Of a DNA stretch of 64,000 nucleotides, positions 33,337 to 46,470 are shown piece after piece; within the stretch, counting starts at the first letter, position 1, and the number at the start of each line of letters is the position of its first letter. Both the position numbers and the translations under genes were made by a program. Where the stretch lies: contig NC_083435.1 of NCBI RefSeq assembly GCF_020745735.1, forward strand, positions 36,915,090 to 36,979,089, written 5' to 3'. A model generated the notes under the pieces. It saw nothing but the letters and a program-made list of their open reading frames with translations. It had not been told where the DNA came from and did no database searches. This DNA comes from Hemiscyllium ocellatum (Eukaryota).

Positions 33337-34466
33337 AGGTTAGAAATCACACACCACCAGGTTATAGTCCAACAGATTTATTTGGAGACACTAACTTTCG
33401 GAGCACTGTTTCTTCATCAGGTGGTTGTGGAGATAATCGTAAGGCACAGAATTTATCACAACAGGATTGCAGTGTCATGGAATATAATAATAAACAAGTT
33501 TAGCTTGAGTCTTTCATCTTTTAGAATGATCATGTTAATTTTGGTTCCTTCATATATAAATTCCAGAACTTTATCAAAGTTACATTCTCAAGATAGCTTT
33601 AACAATCGGTGCCATCTCAGCTCAGTTAATGCATTGAAGGTGTGAGGTGAAAATCTGTCTGTGTCCTAGGGTTAGGTCAGATTGATTCTATTTCTAAAGT
33701 GGGTTTTACAGAAGTTCTCATATATTTATGCAATTCTTGAGCAAAATAAAATGCAATTCTACAAATACAAATTCACCCCACATATTTATATGTGTGTATG
33801 TGCAGGGGAAACTGAATGAGTGCGTGCATGTGGGTATGTGTGTGGGAGTCTGTGAAAGAGTGTGTGAATGTGTGTTAGAGTAATGGGATATGAGTCTGTG
33901 AGAGGATGAGTTTGTGTGATTGTGTGTGGGGTGTATGTGTGAGTGTATGAGAGGGAGATTGCGTATGAGAGAGGGTCTGCTTGAGTGTATGGGTCTGTAG
34001 GAGTGTGTGTGTGTATGTGTGTGTGTGTGTGTGTCTGTGTGTGTGTGTGTATGAATAATGCAAAGCCGTCACCTGTCCACTTGTCATGTGACATGAACCA
34101 AGGTCCAGGTTGAGACCATCTCCATGGGGACTGAACTGGCTATCGGCCTCTGCTCGGCCACTTTGCATTGTTGCCCGTCCTGAGGTCCATCTTGGAGGAT
34201 GGTCATCCGAAGGTCTAAAGCTAAATGTCCCGGACCACTGATGTCTTCCCCAACTGCGAGGGCACACTCCTGCCTGGTGATTGTTGTGCAGTGACCATTC
34301 ATCTGTTATCGTAGCCCCTGCTCACTCCACTGCTCCACAACCACCTGTTGAAGAATCAGCGCTCTGAAAGCTAGTGCTTCCGAATAAACCTGTTGGCCTA
34401 TAACCTGGTGTTGTGTGATTTATAACTTTGTCCACCCGAGTCCAACACCGGCATCTCCAAACCCAC
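33337..34466 (-). mobile_element. 5'-truncated PLE (GIY-YIG end, TG microsatellite, 3' UTR, terminal repeat) with an inverted terminal-repeat piece
   Basis: LRMTILQDGPQDGQQCKVAEQRPIA..EMVSTWTLVHVT; terminal repeat at 33340-33430 (minus) and 34335-34455 (plus); ctgtaata on both sides. Confidence 0.85.
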
Positions 34467-34682
34467 TGTAATATGGAAACTTTTCAAGGTATCAGTATTG
34501 ATTTCTCCAAGCTCTGTAGCTTCCATATCCTTCTCCACAGTAAATACTGATGTGAAATCCTCATTTAGTGTCTCCCCAATCTCCAGTGGTTCCACAGATA
34601 GATGGCCTTGTAGATCTTTAAGGTGCCCTATCTCTCCCTAATTACTCTTTTGTCCCAAAGGACAAAACAGCAGCAAGCGAGA

Positions 34683-34919
34683 GGTGTATTGGCTGATGTG
34701 AAAAGATTTAATCCAGCCCTGACAGACCGGGATGAGAGCAAATATTTCCTGCAGTGAATGAAATTCGGGTTGGATTCCAGATTGAGAGACAACCTCTCTG
34801 TTTTACATACAAAGCTCTGTATGAGAAATCTCAGACACGGTCAACAGAGCAGAAAGACTCTCTAACCAACACAGTTACAGGAATTAGACCAACAGATATC
34901 TGCCAGCTCCCGAGGACTT
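34683..34919 (+). pseudogene. GVIN1: GVIN1/VLIG-like pseudogene, pre-GTPase fragment
   Basis: One frame reads ESKYFLQ*MKFGLDSRLRDNLSVL...*..LQELDQQISASSRGL, matching the YFL.W...LD and LD.QIS.SSLGLEH motifs of GVIN1/URGCP proteins (from memory); two in-frame stops. Confidence 0.65.
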
Positions 34920-37900
34920 GATGAAAGAGCGCCACTCTGAAAGTTAGTGCTTCCAATTAAACCTGTTGGACTGTAACCTGGTGTTGTGTGATTTTTAACC
35001 TTGTACACCCCAGTCCAACACCGGCATCTCCAAAACATGACTACCATCGACACCACGAACTGCCGACTTAAAGTGGAGAGGATCTCCAAGAAGATCGCAC
35101 CTATCGACACAGACATCAAGTTTCTACAGAAATGCAGGCAAGCAGGAAAGATCCCAAAAGGATTACAGATCATAAACCCACTCAAGTCGACCTACAACAC
35201 AGACTATGCAGAGACACTTTGCCACCGCACCTCTCACAAGCTCCTCAATCATCTCGTGCACCAACTCTACAGCAGGTGCCACAACCTTGAAATTCAGATG
35301 GTGTTCACACTCTCAGCCTGCATTCAGGATACAGCAGTACAGTTACGTGACATTGCCAAACAGGCAAGGCAACAAAACTACACCAATTACATGCACACTA
35401 AGAACAAAAAAACTGGAGAAACTTGGCATTCTCACCAGGAGTATCGAAGCCCATCCTGGCACCACAGTGGATAACATTATCAATGCAGGGAAGTCTATTA
35501 TCAACTTATGGGACCACACCCTTCGACCGGAAGAGATTGAAGTCCTGAGCAGGGGTCTCAATTCTGCCCCACCACCAAAATGGACCCCTTGGTTCTTGCA
35601 GCAGACACGGAGGAGTTCATCAGACAAATGAGACTCCAGGAATTCTTTCGAGGTGCTGGCAGTGATCCCAATGAGCCCACTGATGAACCGGAACAGTCAT
35701 CACAAGGATCTGTTGAGGAGCGACCAAGGAAGGTTTCAACATGGACCCCACCGGAGGGCCACTGCCCTGGGCTTGACATGTATGCTCAAACCGTCAGGCG
35801 TACCCACAAGGTAGAGCAAAACATCACCCGTTCACAACGCAATGCCATCCAGGCTCTCAAAACCAATCACAACATTGTCATCAAACAAACAGATAAAGGA
35901 GGAGCCATTGTCATTCAGAATAGAGCAGACTACTGTAAGGAAGTGTACCGACAACTGAACAACCAGGAACACTAAAGACAACTACCAGCTGATCTGATCA
36001 AACCATGAACTAAACACATCTATCAGAACTTTGGATCCAGTCCTTTGGAGTTCCCTTCGTGCTCTCATCCCACCTACTTCTCATGTAGGTGACTCCTACT
36101 GCCTTCCAAAGGTACACAAAGCCAACACACCAGGACATCCCACCGCATCAGGCAATGGGACCCTATGTGAGAATCTCTCCAGCTATGTTGAAGGCATCTT
36201 GAAATCTATTGTACAGGGGATCCCCAGCTTCGGTCGTGACACTATGGATTTCTTACAGAAACTCAGCACCCAATGACCAGTCAAACCGGGAACATTCCTC
36301 ATCACAGTGGAACATTTCCGCACTCAACACCAGCACCCCCCACAATGATGGCATCGCAGCAACAGCCTCAGTACTCAACACCAACAACTGCCAATCTCCG
36401 AACACCATCCTACAACTCATCCACTTTATCCTTGATCACAGCGTCTTCATCTTTGACAACCAATTCTTCATCCAGACACATGGAACAGCCATGGGGACCA
36501 AATTTGCACCCCAATCTGCCAATATTTTTATGTACACTTTCAAACAAGTCTTATTTTCTACGCAGAACTTCCAACAGCATTGTATACCAGGTACATTGAC
36601 GACAGTTTCTTCCTCTGGATCCATGGCGAGGAGTCACTGATAAAACTACACAGTGACATCAACACGTTTCATCCCAACATCCAACTCACCATGGATTACT
36701 CTCGGCTATCTGTCTCATTCTTGGACAAATGCATCTTCATCAAGGATGTAGACCTCAGCACCACACTCTACCACAAACCCACAGACAACCTCACAATGCT
36801 AAACTTCTCTAGTTTCCACCCAAAACATATTAAAACAGCCATCCCCTATGGACAAGCCCTACGCATACACCGGATCTGCTCAGATGCGGAGAAACGTGAC
36901 AGACACCTGGGAGTACTCAGGGATTCCCCCCAGAACAGTGTACGATGCCCAACTCATCGACTGCCAGTTCCAACATGCCACAGCAAGAAACCGTAATGAC
37001 CTCCTCAGGAGACAGACACTTGCTGCAACTGACAGGGTGCCCTTCATTGTCCAGTACTTCCCAGGAGCTGAAAAACTATGCCATGTTCTTCGTGACCTGC
37101 AACACGTTATCAATGAGGATGAGCGCCACACCAAGGCCTTCCCCACACCTCCACTGCTCACCTTTAAACAACCGCCAAACCTCAAGTAGATCAATGTTCG
37201 TAGCAAGTTGCCCGGCTCTCAGGACAACACCAAACAACCCTGTTATGGTAGGTACTGCAAGACATGTCAGGTAGTGGACATAGATACCACCAATACGCGT
37301 GGGGACACCTCCCACCTTGTACATGGCAGGTACTCATGTGACTCAGCCAACGATGTCTATCCTATACATTGCAGGCAAGGAGCCCTGAGACATGGGACAT
37401 TGGGGAATATGATCAAAAGCTATGGCAACGGGTGAATGGGCACCGCACAACAATCAAGAGACAGGAGGGCTCCCTCCCAGTTGGGGAGCACCTCAGTGCT
37501 CCAGGACATTCAGCCTCGGACCTTCGGGTGACCATCCTCCAAGGTGGACTTCAGGACAGGCAGCAGAGAAAAGTGGCCGAGCAGAGGCTGATAGCTAAGT
37601 TCGGTACCCAGAGGGAGGGCCTCAACTGGGACCTTGGGTTCATGTCACACGACAGGTGACCACCATTGCACTGTATACACACACAGACACTCCTACACAC
37701 ACACACACACACACGTTTGTGGGGTGAACTTGTACTTGCAGAGTTACATTGTACTTTGCTCAAAAACTGCATAAATTCATGCAAGACTCTGTTATCTCAC
37801 CTTTTAGATTAGAATCAGTTTAAACATTATGGCACAGACAGAGAACACAGGGTGCTAACACCCTCAACATCTTGTCTGACTAACGCCAATTGTTACAATT

Positions 37901-38175
37901 AACCTGAGAACTTAACTTCAAAAAAAGTTTTGTGATTTACACATGAAGGAACTGAAACTATTATGGTATTCAAACAGATAAAAGACTCAACAAACAATCA
38001 AAGTATTTTTCAATGTATAATTTCAGTTACATCACATGGTAAATTTTTGCTATAAATTCTGTGCCTTACAATTGAGCCCTCCACAACCACCTGACAAAGG
38101 AGCATCGCTCCAAACGCTAGTGTTTCCAATTAAACCTGTTGGACTATAACCTGGTGTTGTGTGATTTTTAACTTC
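34917..38175 (+). mobile_element. Near full-length Penelope-like element with direct terminal repeats
   Basis: ATG at 35037 (MTTIDTTNCRLKVERISKKI); KQTDKGGAIVI, GTAMGTKFAPQ, RYIDD, KPTDN; GIY-YIG CDSANDVY..C..RQRVNGHR; stop at 37659; about 80-bp repeat gaaag.tagtg.ttccaattaaacctgttggact.taacctggtgttgtgtgatttttaac at both ends; many frameshifts. Confidence 0.93.
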
Positions 38176-38177
38176 AA

Positions 38178-39170
38178 ACAGAGAGCAGGACTGTCCTGTG
38201 AAAATTGCCTGAATCCCAGCCATAATCCAAGCTGCTGATAACAAACTGGGATTGGAAATTGTTTACCACATGAGGTACCACTGCAAAGGAGGGAAATTCT
38301 TGTACAGAAAAATTTCAACGTGGTTCTGATGCTGCATTTGAAGGAGAGAGCCAGTTTTGATGAATATTACCACGATATAAAACACACCGTGCCATTCAAG
38401 AAAGATTGGCTGAAAGAACAACTTGTCCAACACTTTGAAGCCACAAATGATGAACAACTTCTTCTGCTGTGCTCTCTCACACTCACTATTCTGAACGGGG
38501 TTACCACCCGGGTGAGGGGAACTCTGACAGATATAACACATCCATATAATGGGCAATCAGTTACTGGGATCATTCAGGCATTTAATGCAAAAATGGAGGA
38601 TGAGATACAGATTCCACAAGAGACAACAGTCCTGTTCCTTATCAGTCTGTAACGTAAAGAACTTTAAGTAAAAATTAAACAAGAAATTGAAGTTTCATCA
38701 GAACAAATGAGCAAGGTGAAAAGGCAAGAAAATTGGGAAAAGGATATTGCTGGGAAAATCACTGCTCCCCCACAGATCCATCCAGTGAACTGTGCACAGT
38801 GTTATATGGCTGTGGGGAGCGGTGTCCCTTCTGTGGAGTCCTGTGTGATTGTCCCAGCAGGGAGCACAGACAGCACAGCGCTGAATATCACCGGATCAAA
38901 GGGCTGAATATCTGCATCACTACGATTCAGAGAATTGTACAACAAGTGTCATGGGTGATAGCAATTTCCGGAACAAAGGTACTGGCTGGAAACAGTTTCC
39001 TGACAAGAACTACAGGGATCTCAATGACCAGGACAAATGTTGGAAAATTCTGCCCGATATCTGCATTGAAACATCAGCCTTTTGGAAATGTGTTTTCTCC
39101 AAATACAACACAGAATTTGCTGATAAATACTCAGCAAAAGCAGCAGACAGCATTTTCAGTTAGGATTTAC
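38178..39170 (+). pseudogene. GVIN1: GVIN1/VLIG-like pseudogene, C-terminal region
   Basis: CENCLNP..NKLGLEIV, LYGCGERCPFCGVLCD..EHRQHSAEYHRIKGL, NFRNKGTGWKQFPDKNYR..WKILPDICIETSAFWKCVFSKYNTEFADKYSAK; frameshifts and stops. Confidence 0.85.
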
Positions 39171-39519
39171 CCTGGGAACAAGCTGAAAGAGACAATGAAG
39201 ATAAGTACTATGAAAATATTGGTGAGTTCAATTTACTTATTAACATTAAACAGACCGTCAGAGGTCCATTTTCCCATTCTTCATGATTCACAAATTCGGA
39301 TTTCCTCTTGGAGCTGTCTGCCCATCCCCTTTCACTTCCTCCTGCTTTAAGGCCTAACCTTCAGGAATCTGACAGCCTGACCTCCCACTGTCTGTCCAAA
39401 GCGATTTGTCGCTGTGTCGTCAGCTCAACATCTATGGGATGGCAGTGGGAGCAGCGCAGAGAAATTTCCAGCATATTTGTGAGGGTTAGAAGAATTTCTG
39501 AACTGTCCAATCATAAAGT

Positions 39520-40450
39520 CACAGCGTTATAGGCACAGAGTAATACAGTATGGAAACAGGCCCTTCAGCCCAAACTGGACCATGCTGATCATGTTGTGCA
39601 CGCAGCTAGTTCTAATTGCACCCTCTTTTGCTCTTCTGATTTCCCTCTTAAGTACGCTCCTACACTTTTAATAGTCATCTGAGGATTCAGTGGAGACTGA
39701 TAGCTTCAACTTTGTATGCTTTCTTCTTTTTCCTGACCAGAGCCTCAATATCCCTTGTCAGCCAGCGATCCCTAATCCTGCCAGCTTTTTGCTTCACCTT
39801 AACCAGGACACACTCTCCCCAGGCTCTTGATATCACCCTTTTACAGGCCTTCAATTTGCCAGTCATTCCTGTTCCTTCAAACAGACTCACCCAATCACCC
39901 TCTACTAGATTCTGCCTAATGGCTCCAACATTTGCTCTGCTCCAGTTTAACACCTTAACCTGTGGACCTGTCCTATCCTTTTCCATAATGAGGTTAAAAC
40001 GAAGAGAGTTATGGTCACTGGACCCAAAGTGCTGTCCAACTGACACTTCAATCACTTGCCCCACCTCGTTTCCTAAGAGGAAGTCCAGAGTTCCATCGTG
40101 TCAAGTAGGTCCCTCCACACATTGAGTTGAACATTTTTGACAAATTCATTCAGTTGCAGCATTGAGTATAAAAGTTGGCAAGTTATGTTGCAACTGTAGA
40201 AGACATTGATCAAGTCAGTATTTTGTGTACGATTGGTTGGCTTATGATAAGGAAGGATATGGAGGATTTGGAGATGGTGCAAAAGATGTTTCCCAGGATG
40301 TTGCCTGGATCGGAGTGTATTATCTGTGAGGAGAAGTTGAACAAATTTGGATTGTTTTCTCTTGAGCATTTGAGGCTGAGAGGCAACCAAATGGAAGTAT
40401 GTAAAATTATGGATGGTGGTCTGGATAGGGTAGATAGCCTGTTTCTCCTT
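39520..40450. mobile_element. Mosaic of CR1 fragments (minus 39520-40110, plus 40110-40450)
   Basis: VGQHFGSSDHNSLRF endonuclease end; LEMVQKMFPRMLPG..LFSLEHLRLRGN. Confidence 0.85.
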
Positions 40451-41199
40451 TAACCTTTGCTCCTCTCATCTGAGAGCTACAATCACTAATATGATAACTT
40501 GTTTGACCTAATGAACATGATGATTGCAGTCGCCCACAATCATAGCTCTATTCTGTTTGTATGTACCTACTACTGTTGATTTATAACTTTTCCCCCTGTA
40601 TGGCTACTGGTAGAAGATATATGCACGATTCCTGTCAGTATTTTCTTTCCCTTGATGTAATTAATCCACCAAATGGACACTCCAAGCCTAAATCATCTCT
40701 CAATAATGCCCTTGTTTCATCTCTTATTAACAGTACTGCCCAATCACTCTCTGTCTCCCTCCCATCTTTCTGAATGATTAAATACCACTTAATGTGAAGT
40801 TCCCAGTTCCAATCTCCCTGTCCCCCAGAAAGCCATATCTATTTACCTCAATTTCTGCCATCAGCACATCCACTTTACCCTGAATGCTTCATGCATTTAG
40901 AAGCAGAGCCTTTGCTGTTTTTCATCATTCTACCTTCCCTTTGTACTGCAGCCCAATTTGATTATCCTGTCTACTGTTTTAAAAATTTCCTAATCTTCCT
41001 TTTATTACCATCCTTGGTTTTGTTTCATTTGCCCCAATCCTTTGATTGACAAAAATTTTCATTCTACTCAAAATTCATCAAAACCACACGAGCAAATATT
41101 TGCCCTCGGAGCATTAATATCATTGAAACAGCATTTCACACTGTACTCTGTAAAACGGAGTTGTACATTCACAGGCTCATTCTAACTCTGCAAGGATCC

Positions 41200-42560
41200 A
41201 GTCTGGTGACCTCACTGCCCCACTTCAATAGCACTATGACACTTCCTATGGGAAACAGATCAAAACTGCTCACCATATCTCAGGTGTGGTCTACTACAAA
41301 CCTACAGATTCCCATAACTATCTGGACTATTTCTCCTCCCATCCAGTATCCTGTAAGACCTCCATCCCACTTTCCTAATTCTTCCACCTCTGCCACATCT
41401 GCTCACCTGAGGAGACATTCCACCCGTGAGCATCCCAGATGTTCACCTATTTTAAACAAGGTGTTTTTCCTCCCTCCATCATCCAGACAGCCCTCCGCTG
41501 CACCACCATCATTCCCCATTCCCTGCTCTAAACCTCTCCCCCTCCCAACGCAATAAAGACCCCTTGTCCCCACTGCTCTCCGCATCCAACGCATCAATCT
41601 CAAACACTTCTGCTAACTCCAAATAGACACCACCACCAAGAACATCTATCCCTCCCCAACCGTCTCTGCCTTCAGTAAGACTGTTCCCTCCAACAGTCCT
41701 TGTTTCACACCACTCCGACCACCGAACCCCCAGGTACCTTCCCCTGCAACCCCTGAAAAGATGTAAAACGTGCTGATACAACACGCCCCCCACCTCACCT
41801 CCATCCAGGGCCATTATCCGTCCTTTCAGGTGAGACAGAGATTCACCTGCCTCTCTTCGAACCTAGCTTACTGCATCAGGTGCTCCCGGTGGGGTCTTCC
41901 CTACATCGGGGAAACCGAACGTAAACTTAGGGAATGATACATCAAACGTCCCAGCCAGGTTCGCAGGGGCCGATAGGACCTCCGAGTCACCGCCCATTTC
42001 AATACCCCCAGCCACTCCCTTTCCTACATCACCATCCTCCAAGCCACCGCCCATTTCAATTCCCCCAACCATTCCCTTTCCAACATGACCATCCTCCCAG
42101 TCACCGCCCATTTCAATTCCCCCTGCCACTCCCTTTCTGACATGATCATCCTTGGCCTCCTTCATTGCCAAAACAAACCACAGCTCCTATTGGGGGAACA
42201 TCACTTCATCTTCCACCTGATACCCTATAGCTCAGAGGACTCAACATTGTGTTCTCCAATTTCAAATACCCTCCCTCCCATCCCCTGACCCCCTTCCCAA
42301 CCCCCCCCCTCCCTTCCACTGCTCCCTGCCACCAACCAGATACATTCCTCCCATTGGCCAACCAGGGTCTTTACCTATACCCACTTCATCACCCTGCCCC
42401 CGCCACCCCCTTTATCTGCAGGTCCCCCTACACCCACCCCGAGTCCTGAAGAAGGGTTATACCTGAAATATCAACTTCTGCACTTCCTGAAGCTGCCTGG
42501 CTTGCTGTGTTCTTCCAGCCTCCTGCCTGTCTACTTTGGATTCCAGCATCTGCAGTCTTT
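41200..42560 (+). mobile_element. Degenerate PLE 3' part with CpG-decayed hammerhead
   Basis: LPYIGETERKL; VTAHFNSPCHSLSDMIILGLLHCQ..LGEHHFIFHL; terminal agtcctgaagaagggttatacctgaaatatcaact. Confidence 0.85.
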
Positions 42561-43949
42561 CTTTTTGTCTCCAACCAATGTTTTAGCCAGACATGGCTCA
42601 TCCTCTACTCAGCTGCAGTTGCAATAAAGGTTGATGTGCCAAAAGTCTTTCTAAGTAACTACTGCACCTGCATGTTATCCTTCAGGAATTTATTTGTGAG
42701 ATTCCCAAAATATCTTTGCACATTAGCACTTCCAAAATTCTAATCATTAAAGAAATATGTTGTTCCCCTGGTCTTCTTACCAAAGTGCAATATTTCTCAT
42801 TGTTCAGTTTCTAGTTTTGTTCAATCTGTAGAAAACTTACCACAATGACATGGGAGCAAACTAAACCTAACCTGAACCCAATCTGTAACCCTCACCATAA
42901 CACTGACCTTAGCCTTAACCCTAACCCGAACTAATTCTCAGCCGTTTACAATTTCAGTATTGATGTCATCTGCCTTGTTGTGAACGTTTCGTGCAGTCAG
43001 GCAGGGTGCCCTTAACTTTGCCATTTTGATGTCATTCTGCTATTTAGATTCGTGAATGACTGGGTTACGGTCCCTGCCTTCTAATTTGCCTTCCAAACTT
43101 TCTCCTTCCCTTTCACATCTTCAATCCTTCCAGTGTGAGCTACTTTTCAGTTCACAATCTATTGATAAATTACTATAAAACCAACCCAACACCGGTAGAA
43201 AATCCCCCGTGAGGATGTCAGTCAGGGTTTTGGAAGGTGTAATCTGGCCAACCTTTGGAACTGTTATCCATCCCATGATATGTCGCAATGCTTTAGAAAT
43301 CTGATGTCATATCACATGCACCTTTCCTTCAGCTATGTTCAGTCAATCACCTCCTTCTCCTATGTTTATAAACATAGAGAATTGGGATTAATCCTGATTT
43401 TGCTTCTCTTGAGGTCCTATCTTTTAATGTCCTCCCTTCCGATGTTCCATGAAATCCTGAGAGAATCTGTACACAGTACACCATTTGCAGACTTAGCTAA
43501 GTGCTTATCGGCCATTGTTATGCGCCACACCTTGCAAGGACAGGACTGCATTTGATGCTCCTTCCAAAGTAGTTGCTATAACAGGAGTTAACATTTTTGT
43601 TTCATCTTCAGGGAGACCAAAATAAAAGCTGCTTTACATAGTTTAACCTTGAAAATGGCCAAGTGTATTCAAAGAATGATTATGGATAAAAAGAATACTC
43701 ATGAAAAAATATGAGTTTAATTAAATACAACTGGCTTGTAATTATTAAATCAAAATTATATTTCACAAATTTCATAAATTTCTTGAAGAGCTGATGCATT
43801 TAAAGCTACTCAGTTTAACCATGGAGCGGAATTGAAGAACGACTATCCTTGGCTGAGGGAACTGCACAGGCTAACACTTCATTCTCAATGAATCACAGTT
43901 GGTTTTTATGGGTTCATGTATCTTTTTAGCCTGATTTTGTTTCATGTTA

Positions 43950-44270
43950 GAATGAACTGAATAAAAAGGTGAGGTATGAGATTCTGGACAAAGAGATCAG
44001 GATACTCCAAGGATACTCCAAACACTGAGAGTACACAGTATATTTTTACAGAGTGTTTTGTGTGTGGAATGAGCTTCCTGAGGAAGTGGTGGGTTGTGCG
44101 TACTATTACAGCATTTAAAAGATGCTTGAATAAGGCCATGAATAGGAAAGGTAGGGATATGGGCCAGGGCCAGGCAGGTGGGACTAGTTTAGATTTCGAT
44201 TATGGTCAAATGGACTGGTTGAACCGAAGAGTCTATTTCGGTGCTGCATGACTCAATGACTCTGTGACTC
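43950..44270 (+). mobile_element. CR1 3' end
   Basis: Degenerate FTQRV..WNELPEEVV segment and 3' tail gactcaatgactctgtgactc. Confidence 0.8.
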
Positions 44271-46246
44271 CCAGAGGTTTTTCTCATCCCAGTACAAAGT
44301 TTGAAGTGGAATTCCCAAGAATTCAATGTTCTCAATGTTTTTTTCTTCTGATGACCGAACCTTTGGGTAAATGGATCAATTTAAATATTTGAAGATGTTA
44401 TAAAAATCTAAAACACAAGGAACTGTGAGGAGAAATCTGTATGAATCTTTAACATGATTAAAATAATTTTGAGGACCGGCGAGAAGACTTATTGGTCGAG
44501 AGGACATAAAAAGGACAGTTTAACATAAAGGATAGATCAATAAGCAATGCTAGGCAGCATTCCCATGATGCTCATGGGAGGGTATGTTGAAATTAAAGCC
44601 CCATTGTTCTGTAAGTGATGAGAAATATGCACATAACCACATAATCTCTCATAGTTTAATGTGCTAGCATTTGGTTATCATCTCAGTATGAGAAACTCAC
44701 AAACATTTCGCCAACAAAAATAATCAATATTATTTATATTCACAAATTTATCAAATAACAAGTGGCAAAATGGTGATTACTGATTAATATGTAAATTCAC
44801 ACTGTATTAGGAATCCAAACCCCAAGTATAAAACAAGGTGCATTTCTCTTAGTTCTCAGGGGAAGAAATCTCCTTATTTTTGATGATAGCAGTTCTTCAA
44901 TTCTCTGTTTGGTCAAACAGGTGTAGATCTTTGTTTGACTTTGAAGAACTTTCCCCCTTCCCTTCAACGTCTTTTAGTGCTGGTTTAGAGGGAGGGAGAA
45001 AAACAGAGACCGATCTTGGTTTGGGGTTTCTTGTGATGCAGAGGGAATGTCCCGAACTGAATTGAAGTTCAAACTGCTCTGGTAGGTCTGTAGTAATACC
45101 TTTGAACAAATTGATGAAAGATAGCTATTGTTTTTTTCTAAAAAAGTAAAATAAAAAATTTGCATTGTCAGAGACAATATTCGAGTTTGTTTCAATTGAA
45201 GCATTCAAATGAGGATGACATCAGGTACTTGATAAAATGGAAAAATGCAACATCATGGGGAGTAGGCCCAGGAATGTCACTAAGAGAAATGGCAATTTGC
45301 ACAGATGGTGCAGTAATGAGGGGACAAATCTCCTGTTTCTACATTGCAACAGCCTTGTGGTTCTATAGGAATGAGCAGAGATGCGCTGAATGATAGTTCG
45401 TGCAGGGAGGATGAAGCTTTTTTTGTGGAATAACACAGACAGATGTAACTTTACACACCAACAGAGCGGGGGATGGGGGGGGACAATGAAGAGATCTGGC
45501 TGACTACTCTGTATAAATAGTGAAAGATGCCAATGTGGGCTGAGAAAGCAATCAATACCAAATGCGAAATCCTATGAGTTTGAAGAAGACAGGTAACCAA
45601 GTTGTTTAAACATTGGATACAACTCTGACTCAGACTTAATTGCATATTTTATGTAGTTCTGCCGCTCCAGTCCAAGCAGAATTTCAAGGCTGGTGTTCAG
45701 AATCATTTCAGGGACGAGGAGGTTCAGGAACAGTTCGGCTTGTTTCTGCTGGAGAAGGGAACGTTCACAAAATATTAGTGAGTCACATTTGACATCATGA
45801 GCAAATATGAACAGAGTCAAAAGGGAGCAAATCTTCCCATTGCTGGAGGGATGAAGAACTGGTGGCACTCTGATGGAATGGGATTGGCAAAACTAGCTGT
45901 GGGGAAATTAGAGAAATAAACAATTTATGCAGCAATCGGGAATATTGAATCAAGCATGCAAGATAAATTTAGATTAATATTTGCAAGCTTATAACATGTA
46001 GAATTAATTAGAGAAGGTGGGGGAATCTCCCTAGTGAGACCCAGCCCAAACATGACTGAGAGAATGGGCACTTCCTGTGCCATAGCCACTCTGTAGTTAT
46101 TTGATTTCACAGATCTGAAGCAAGTTAGTTCAGTGGGAACAGTTTGGTTTCATTTCTGAGTTGATGGGAGGTGAACAAGTTGAGCGATAGGAGTTGAAGG
46201 AGTGAGCAAGTCTCTTCATTCAATGTGGTGAGGGCTGAGATATAGG

Positions 46247-46470
46247 AGAAGGTGAGGACTGCAGATTCTGGAGATCAGAATCCAGAGTGTGCTGCTGGAA
46301 AAGCACAGCAGGTCAGGCAGCATCTGAGGAGCAGGAGAATTGACATTTTGGACATAAGCCCTTCATTAGGATTCCGCCAATTCCTGATGAAGGACATTTG
46401 CCTGAAACGTCGATTCTCCTGCTCGTCGAATGCTGCCCGACCTACTGTGCTTTTCCAGCACCAGACTCTC
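46247..46470. mobile_element. PLE-derived foldback element with 15-bp TSD and one hammerhead with an intact core
   Basis: gggctgagatatagg at 46232-46246 and 46471-46485; plus arm CTGATGA (46384) ... GAAACGTC (46404-46411). Confidence 0.88.

Noticed and set aside
38733-39350. 205-aa stand-alone gene
   Set aside because: A frameshifted piece of the GVIN1 pseudogene; homology moves to another frame after about 38900.
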